The position numbers and the translations under genes were made by a program. From the NCBI GenBank assembly GCA_902792895.1, contig CADBBK010000004.1, positions 60,464-124,463 on the forward strand: a stretch of DNA of 64,000 nucleotides. Direction: 5' to 3'. This document shows positions 58,901 to 64,000 of the stretch, one piece after another (positions within the stretch are counted from its first letter, which is position 1; every line of letters starts with the position of its first letter). The notes below the pieces were generated by a model, which made no database searches, had not been told where the DNA came from, and was given only the letters and a program-made list of their open reading frames with translations. Source of the stretch: an uncultured Bacteroidales bacterium. Lineage in GTDB: Bacteria; Bacteroidota; Bacteroidia; Bacteroidales; Muribaculaceae.

Positions 58901-59510
58901 CCTGATCAAAAAATTGTCCAGAATGGGTGGATTGATTGCGAATATCTTTGGCAACACGCAAGAACGGCACAAAGAGACCGTATCTATATGTCAAAAACGC
59001 CATAATCGGGCCGTTAATCATTCTGGAATATTCTAGGTCATTACTGCTGTAATCACTATAACCATATTCCTTTGCCCCGTAATGCTTCTGTTGATATTTA
59101 GTAGCCTCTAGTGGTCTGCGTTCCAGCAAATCCCAAAAGTGATAGCATATAACCCTCACAATTCTGTCCTCAACCAAATCATCCATGTCTGCAATTGTGC
59201 CATAGCCGGCTGGGTCTTTGAGATATTTAAGGATATGAGTAACATCTTGTAAAGCGGTTCCAGCATTCTCCATCATATCAAAAAACTCCTCAACTGCCGC
59301 TACAGCCCTCTGCGGATTGACATGAAGTTCCATATAAGGCGGATTATCCCCATCGTATAACTGAAAATTGCATCTCTCATTGATAGCTGCAATCCTATAC
59401 GACATATAGTTTTTGCAAGGTTCTAGGCTAGGGTTGTCTAAGAACATCAAGAAATCACCGAAATGATATCGGTAAAAGTCTCGTTTCAAGGCTTGGATAT
59501 CGTCACTCAT
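55965..59510 (-). CDS. Orphan 1181-aa membrane protein: HEPN-like N-domain (RNQSTH), beta module, coiled coil, 3 TM helices and a large Sel1-like repeat domain
   Basis: I trimmed the start to the ATG at 59510 (MSDDIQ...), because the track start at 59540 is TTG inside the -7 box. The R-N-x3-H motif is at nt 58923-58940. The TM block is at about nt 57894-58163. Sel1-like units include LLLKAAYYGDVDAYYYLGHI, FRVASRQGYPRASLQLGKLYA and MRQSAEKGCKFAQL. The gene is AT-rich. Confidence 0.75.
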   Translation of the reverse strand: MSDDIQALKRDFYRYHFGDFLMFLDNPSLEPCKNYMSYRIAAINERCNFQLYDGDNPPYMELHVNPQRAVAAVEEFFDMMENAGTALQDVTHILKYLKDPAGYGTIADMDDLVEDRIVRVICYHFWDLLERRPLEATKYQQKHYGAKEYGYSDYSSNDLEYSRMINGPIMAFLTYRYGLFVPFLRVAKDIRNQSTHSGQFFDQAEGYLVYRYILFTYIATVLLIRKAQFQNAPYNIPEIKMYIDGSYSEIKLLKNKKELTPQSTEDGRTYFNVRWYQNYKLEIEGKSAEFSLTCNDLEPSASKVDDKVRTFSIDPQVDNDAHRASFHQAMDAFEKAVVELRDISRNTEDVPKIYGLLEKTIEQQEHQNSSLEYISGLLNEISQALQKGQEERNKDLAGILGPQYEILAKTLNNQATLHEDHEQIKRTQTMILNNQEDERTRKETQKNNTYWGLLIGALVIAVGACLWHGLKDLSLQWLTHQWAYIVTTVALLGIAVFTGTYLRRMWKEKKPVWKRWLPAGMALLTCAFTAGAYLLTPALTYESFVKKYDFARHEPNENAVTVAYLKGQGHLTDEATLKQLATYYYQFVADSLKEAMKYAKPLSDVKRYPEGCLIAAEVLLASKDYSGLGSLIEVYNKQYGDTCPILNRIAGLQRFYGWGQEKNMKEGYNLLLKAAYYGDVDAYYYLGHISSHDYTDWRDGEVVNKSEVWLDVHFPKAVHCFRVASRQGYPRASLQLGKLYADLNMKDSAKCYYDEAIKQCEKHPGQLDSERVRLAALFQKGLVKVNEGDTLNNELYEAELQGYEPALLYSALRQKDHKRAIGLYEKMGVYKGYRYIPPIVFEYIAIGDSTNALNALQSARPHGGFNKEFVSALQRMEGNKYVLPDSVQWLNYMRQSAEKGCKFAQLCCYAAEGIKNEQEFHQFNEVCREVPFGYSLKSIFYNLAKHDEGAFESAAKAISHGHPFGPIAFCSIDHFNVNQHMMDSTHFIWWQYCLFQMITRMVSNAQIAADAPSLKQMAIENALYYYQKAKGEFKPAVLSFWGDVAKANHLFNIECFLAAKCTSDSVLELRQEILRAALENASPDMNQDDLDALSWLIQNPNFDLRERLANIFKGDDFRYHLIYPNKSLIPNDSMYLGGQIRLFTSYDIRDLVHEFSNLLDDYYEFALSEDDMVIPGINTTR

Positions 59511-59537
59511 ATCAGAAAGATTAAAAGATTGATATTG

Positions 59538-59545
59538 CAAAGATA
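59538..59545 (-). promoter_or_regulatory. -7 promoter box TATCTTTG for the orphan giant gene
   Basis: The reverse complement of CAAAGATA lies 28 nt upstream of the ATG at 59510. Confidence 0.5.
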
Positions 59546-59562
59546 GTCATTTTTTAATAACT

Positions 59563-59604
59563 CTCTCGTCTGCCAGTCATGCGATTTTGCCTGGCAGACG
59601 AGAG
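59563..59604 (-). terminator. 14-bp-stem hairpin after the M64 peptidase gene
   Basis: CTCTCGTCTGCCAG-14 nt-CTGGCAGACGAGAG lies 12 nt past the stop at 59616. There is no U-tract. Confidence 0.5.
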
Positions 59605-59615
59605 AACATTACCCA

Positions 59616-60680
59616 TTATTTCCAGACGATGCAATGGTGATGATGCATTTCCTGGTCTTGACGGGCGGGAGCGGACTTGCGCTTCGGGTTGGTCGGCTTG
59701 TTGGCTGACTGCCAGTCCCACTCCTTGTCGGGATAGGCAAGGTCCTCGCGCTTGAACTCCGAGTAAAGGGGCTCAACACCTGTGTGGCATTTCATCACCT
59801 GCTGATAGATGAGGTAGCGGCTGACGGCATTATAATCGGGTCGGTTGTGGGTTCTCATCACGCTGTTCTCGGTTGAACGATACACCCCGCTGGCATACAG
59901 TCCTCCACCCTCATACACGCCTGTTCCCTCATGCTGGTAATCGACATCTTCAATGATGCGTTTCCAATACACATTGGTTGCATCGAGCGAAACGTTGAGG
60001 AAGAAACCAGCTTTCTGCCAACCCTTCATTTTCTTGATCTCTTTTGCCGGAATAGGGGTATTGTATTCAACGTACTCATCTTCCAACTGGCCAATGGCGT
60101 GGCCCAATTCATGGATTACCGCGGTGATAAAACAGTAATCATTAGCCGCACACACCGCAACCGGCATATAGTCCGCTGCTGTTGACATCCAGGTACAGCC
60201 GATGTATGCATCGGTGTTGACAATGACAAGCACCACGTCGTTGCCAGCGGGAGACTTCAGCCACTTGATGGCCTTGTTGATGGAATCATTGTTTAACGCG
60301 AGGACTCGGTCATCGGGCACGCCACATCCAAGGGCGGTCCGGCCACTGCCCAACTCATTGGACTGCGATACACACGCCGTCGAGTAGGATACGGTGATGC
60401 GGTCCAGCATGTAACAGTAGGGCTTGACATTCTGCAGCATGTTGTAGACCTTAGCTACATCTTGCTTGAAGTTCTCCATGTCCTCGGTGCGATAGGCCTC
60501 GGGGAGGATGATGAGGTTGAGATCTTGCCAATGAGCCTCGTTAATCACCACTCGCGAATTGTCCTTGTCGGTGATGATGTCCGTGGAGATATACTCGCCT
60601 GCGCATGAGGTGAGCGACAAGATTGCGACAGTGATCATGGCGATCAGGTACACGACACTTTTGTAAATCGGATTTTTCAT
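59616..60680 (-). CDS. M64-family (IgA-peptidase-like) zinc metallopeptidase lipoprotein
   Basis: 354 aa, with the lipobox LSLTSC and the motif VIHELGHAIGQLEDEY. This matches the M64 HExxH...L.DEY signature as I recall it. Confidence 0.8.
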   Translation of the reverse strand: MKNPIYKSVVYLIAMITVAILSLTSCAGEYISTDIITDKDNSRVVINEAHWQDLNLIILPEAYRTEDMENFKQDVAKVYNMLQNVKPYCYMLDRITVSYSTACVSQSNELGSGRTALGCGVPDDRVLALNNDSINKAIKWLKSPAGNDVVLVIVNTDAYIGCTWMSTAADYMPVAVCAANDYCFITAVIHELGHAIGQLEDEYVEYNTPIPAKEIKKMKGWQKAGFFLNVSLDATNVYWKRIIEDVDYQHEGTGVYEGGGLYASGVYRSTENSVMRTHNRPDYNAVSRYLIYQQVMKCHTGVEPLYSEFKREDLAYPDKEWDWQSANKPTNPKRKSAPARQDQEMHHHHCIVWK

Positions 60681-60952
60681 AGCTGTTGGTTAATTAATGG
60701 TTGATAATAATGGTTGTTATAAAGGTGTTTGATTAGAAAAGCCTTTTCATCGGTAATATCTTTTCTTCGGTATGGTTTGGTTTGCTTTTATCAGGTTAAT
60801 TTTGGCATTTGATGTTAAGCAACTTTTGTGCCAAGTTGGCAATCCTGACTGATATTTTTCAAGATATTTTCAGGAAACGATTTAGAAGCCAGCTCTGAAT
60901 TCCTTTAATGCTAATTTCGCTAATGAAAATAATTCCACGAAAAATATAGATA

Positions 60953-61182
60953 ACCGGTTGGCGGTATTAATTGTAGAGTGTACGCGAAAATGCCTAGGTG
61001 ACTATGGCAAAAACGCCCAAAGGGCGGTCATTTGAGTAACCGTGGGTAATGCAAACCGCTGAGCGATAGCGAAGTGGTTTGCATCACCCACGGAAAGTGC
61101 AATACTATCCTCGTCGCTGGAAGCGACCCCATTGATCTAGCCCATGTTGAAGGGGTCGCCTTCAGTAATTCCGCCAACGGGT
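60953..61182. mobile_element. MITE-like structured element, short variant (230 bp), copy 2, with a 7-bp target-site duplication
   Basis: The TIRs are ACCGGTTGGCGGTATT (60953-60968) and AATTCCGCCAACGGGT (61167-61182). A perfect direct repeat ATAGATA lies at 60946-60952 and 61183-61189. There is no ORF and the interior is a chain of hairpins. Confidence 0.8.
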
Positions 61183-61320
61183 ATAGATATATTCGCGAAA
61201 TTGGCATTAGCCCCGCAGGGTCTGAGTCCACCACAATATCTTGCTTCGCAGCTTTGCGTGATGCAAGTTGATGGATGGCGACATTCTCCCGACAGATTTG
61301 TCGATGAATGATAAAATGAT

Positions 61321-61328
61321 TAACTTTG
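61321..61328 (+). promoter_or_regulatory. -7 promoter box TAACTTTG for yifB
   Basis: It lies 29 nt upstream of the ATG at 61357. Confidence 0.5.
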
Positions 61329-61356
61329 CCAAAACAATTATAACGACTGAACGATT

Positions 61357-62904
61357 ATGTTAGCGAGGACGATAGGAGCTGCTGTGCATGGCATCGATGC
61401 CATCAAAGTCGAAATCGAGGTGACCGTCGACTGGGGGTCTGGATTCATGGTCATCGGACTGCCCGACACCGCCGTCAAGGAGAGCGCCGAGCGTGTGCGG
61501 TGCGCCATCCAGCAGGCGGGGATAGAGTTCCCGGGCAAGAAAGTCATGGTCAACATGTCGCCTGCCGACATCAAGAAGGAGGGCTCGGCCTATGACCTGC
61601 CGCTCGCCATCGGCATCCTCGCCGGCGACGAGAAGGTCAACCCCGACCGCTTGGGACGCTACATGCTCATGGGCGAACTTTCGCTCGACGGCACCCTGCG
61701 CCCCATCAAGGGAGCCCTGCCCATGGCCATCCTAGCGCGCCAGCTGCAGCTCGACGGTTTCATCCTGCCGCGCGCCAACGCTCTCGAGGCTGCCGTGGTC
61801 AACAACCTCAACATCTACGGGGTGGACAACTTTACCGAGGTCGTCAACTTCCTCAACGGCGAGACCTCCCTCGAGCCCACCGTGGTCGATACCCGCGCCG
61901 AGTTCGCCAAGGCACAGGGCACCTTCCCCTATGATTTCGCCGACGTCAAGGGACAAGAGAATGTCAAACGCGCCTTTGAGATCGCCTGTGCGGGTGGACA
62001 CAACATCCTGCTGGTGGGCAGCCCCGGATCAGGCAAATCCATGATGGCCAAGCGGCTGCCGTCCATCATGCCGCCGCTCACCCTGAGCGAGGCCCTCGAG
62101 ACCACCAAGATCCATAGTGTGGCCGGCAAACTGCCCCAAGGCACCACGCTGATGACCGTGCGTCCCTTCCGCAGCCCGCACCACACCATCTCGCCCGTCG
62201 CCCTCGTCGGGGGCGGCAGCTATCCCATGCCGGGCGAAATCTCCCTCGCCCATAACGGCGTCCTCTTCCTGGACGAGTTGCCTGAATTCAATCGCTCCGT
62301 TCTGGAGGTGATGCGCCAGCCGCTGGAAGACAGGATAATAAGTATCAGTAGGGCGAAATATTCGACCGAATACCCTGCCTCGTTTATGCTCGTGGCGAGC
62401 ATGAATCCGTGCCCGTGCGGGTACTATGGGCATCCCAAGAAGAAATGCGTCTGCAACGAGTACCAACGTACGCATTATATGAGCAAGATTTCGGGCCCGC
62501 TGCTCGACCGCATCGACCTGCAGATCGAGGTCCAGCCCGTCGATTTCGACCAGATGTCAAGTAAGGCCCCCGGCGAACCCTCTGCCGCCATCCGCCAGCG
62601 CGTCATCGCCGCGAGGATGCTGCAGGAGCGCCGCTTCAAGGATGAACCCGGCATCCACTGCAACGCCCAGATGATCCCCTCCCTGCTCCACAAATACGCC
62701 GAGCCCAACGCCGCCGGTCTGGAGAAGTTGAAGGACGCCATGGAGCGCATGAACATGAGCGCCCGCGCCTACGACCGCATCCTCAAAGTCGCCCGCACCA
62801 TTGCCGACCTCGAGGGCACCGCCGACGTCCTCGACCACCACATCATGGAAGCCATCGCCTACCGCAACCTCGACCGCCCCACCTACCTCGGCATCACAAT
62901 CTGA
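61357..62904 (+). CDS. yifB: YifB/ComM-family Mg-chelatase-like AAA+ ATPase
   Basis: 515 aa, with an N-terminal Lon-protease-like domain, the Walker A motif GSPGSGKS and GVLFLDELPEF. Confidence 0.92.
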   Translation: MLARTIGAAVHGIDAIKVEIEVTVDWGSGFMVIGLPDTAVKESAERVRCAIQQAGIEFPGKKVMVNMSPADIKKEGSAYDLPLAIGILAGDEKVNPDRLGRYMLMGELSLDGTLRPIKGALPMAILARQLQLDGFILPRANALEAAVVNNLNIYGVDNFTEVVNFLNGETSLEPTVVDTRAEFAKAQGTFPYDFADVKGQENVKRAFEIACAGGHNILLVGSPGSGKSMMAKRLPSIMPPLTLSEALETTKIHSVAGKLPQGTTLMTVRPFRSPHHTISPVALVGGGSYPMPGEISLAHNGVLFLDELPEFNRSVLEVMRQPLEDRIISISRAKYSTEYPASFMLVASMNPCPCGYYGHPKKKCVCNEYQRTHYMSKISGPLLDRIDLQIEVQPVDFDQMSSKAPGEPSAAIRQRVIAARMLQERRFKDEPGIHCNAQMIPSLLHKYAEPNAAGLEKLKDAMERMNMSARAYDRILKVARTIADLEGTADVLDHHIMEAIAYRNLDRPTYLGITI

Positions 62905-62947
62905 TAACGAAATGCCCATCTGGTAAATAATTTATCGGTCTAATTAT

Positions 62948-63805
62948 TTATCTAAATGCTTCGTTGATTGACGAATAATCATCAAAGCGGTTCAAGTGAA
63001 TCTCTAGTTCAGAAGGTTGTTTGTAATCATACGAACTCTCGATATTATCCTCTTCATAAACACAACGTATTTTGATCTTCGAGCCATCGTAGGTAAATCT
63101 ATTCATAGCTGCAGAGCCCATATGTGCCCACCATTGAAGAACGTAATCGCCACCACGATAATAACTGGAATGACTGCTACCGTCTTCATAAATCTTTGAG
63201 GCAACACCGTCTTTCAAGGTATAGACATACAGCATGAAATCTGCCTCACAGGTTCCGGCTTTCACCCACAATTCAGGCACACCATCACGAGTGATGTCAT
63301 AGAGGAAATAGCCATACCAACCGTACTCATCTACACCAAACTTCCTAAGATAACCCTTAAGGATATTGATATAAGCTTGACGATTTTTCTCGATGAGTTC
63401 CTGTTGAATCACCTTCTCCATAGAGTCACGGCGGGCTTGCTCACGCAGTTCTGCGGCGGCGATGGAATCTTGGCGGGCTTTTTCAGCCAGTATGGCTATC
63501 TGACGTTCCTGCTCGGCAAGCTGCTGATTGTTGTCATACCACAGCCAAGCGCCAACGCCCAAAAAGGCAAGCAGCCCCAGAACGGCGGTAATTATCAGTC
63601 CAGCATGGCTTTTGCGCTCGGACTCCTCATAATACTCAACAGGCTCATACGTAACAACTCTGTTGGGCTCCGTCTCTTGATTATGGTTTAATGATGATTC
63701 GTCATTTACAGTTTGCTCAAAGTCAACAAGTGTACCGCAGTGCGGACAAGCTTTCGCCTTGTCCGAAATCATCTTTCCGCAATTCTTACAAGTTATCAGT
63801 GCCAT
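62948..63805 (-). CDS. Hypothetical membrane protein: N-terminal zinc ribbon, TM, coiled coil and an uncharacterised C-domain
   Basis: 285 aa and AT-rich. It has CKNCGKMISDKAKACPHCG, the TM segment GLIITAVLGLLAFLGVGAWLW and the charged helix QERQIAILAEKARQDS. Confidence 0.65.
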   Translation of the reverse strand: MALITCKNCGKMISDKAKACPHCGTLVDFEQTVNDESSLNHNQETEPNRVVTYEPVEYYEESERKSHAGLIITAVLGLLAFLGVGAWLWYDNNQQLAEQERQIAILAEKARQDSIAAAELREQARRDSMEKVIQQELIEKNRQAYINILKGYLRKFGVDEYGWYGYFLYDITRDGVPELWVKAGTCEADFMLYVYTLKDGVASKIYEDGSSHSSYYRGGDYVLQWWAHMGSAAMNRFTYDGSKIKIRCVYEEDNIESSYDYKQPSELEIHLNRFDDYSSINEAFR

Positions 63806-63827
63806 AATATATATTATGAGTATTTAA

Positions 63828-64000
63828 TTAGTCAACATAAAGATAGAAATCTAATTTGATTCCTTTTACACTTAAAAATCTTCCACTATAGATATTGCCG
63901 ACATGTTCACTAGTAATGATTTCATTCTTTCCAACAAATTTGCCAATATACTTTCCACGCAAGTAAGCACCCAACTCGCAATGACCACTGGATTCATCAT
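63828..64000 (-). CDS. 3' end of a hypothetical gene running off the window
   Basis: Hand translation of the - strand frame gives ...DESSGHCELGAYLRGKYIGKFVGKNEIITSEHVGNIYSGRFLSVKGIKLDFYLYVD followed by TAA at 63828-63830. It is not in the track because it lacks a start. Confidence 0.4.
   Translation of the reverse strand, partial: DESSGHCELGAYLRGKYIGKFVGKNEIITSEHVGNIYSGRFLSVKGIKLDFYLYVD

Overview
This is a chromosomal window from a Bacteroidota genome, probably Bacteroidales or Prevotellaceae-like. Supporting signs are recurrent TAnnTTTG -7 promoter boxes, T9SS C-terminal sorting tails, a DUF3098-uppP-truB-queA block, a eukaryote-type GH13 branching enzyme, and A-rich leaders without Shine-Dalgarno sequences. 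I call about 51 protein genes, 3 tRNAs, 2 copies of a MITE-like element, and several hairpin terminators. The ORF track renders TTG and GTG starts as M, so I trimmed several starts to the first ATG downstream of a -7 box. The backbone is GC-rich housekeeping: rubrerythrin, gap, mscL, queA, truB, uppP, mtaB, rnr, aroA, recO, rpsT, tyrS, mutS, glgB, recF, ribH. It is interrupted by visibly AT-richer accessory islets: (i) 13.8-14.8 kb, a DUF1016 nuclease; (ii) 23-29.8 kb, secreted T9SS and dockerin proteins plus a transmembrane TPR-HTH regulator; (iii) 33.0-34.5 kb, an AAA ATPase preceded by phased direct repeats; (iv) 55.9-60.7 kb, an orphan 1181-aa membrane protein plus an M64 lipoprotein; (v) 62.9-64 kb. 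The strongest candidates for something new are three. First, the orphan giant gene at 55965-59510 combines a HEPN-like RNQSTH module, a coiled coil, 3 TM helices and Sel1-like repeats. Second, a structured, TIR-bounded, TSD-flanked 230-345 bp element occurs as an inverted pair bracketing 9.8 kb. Third, an untracked 37-aa rubredoxin-like mini-ORF sits upstream of a reverse rubrerythrin. No CRISPR array, integrase, transposase or rRNA is visible.
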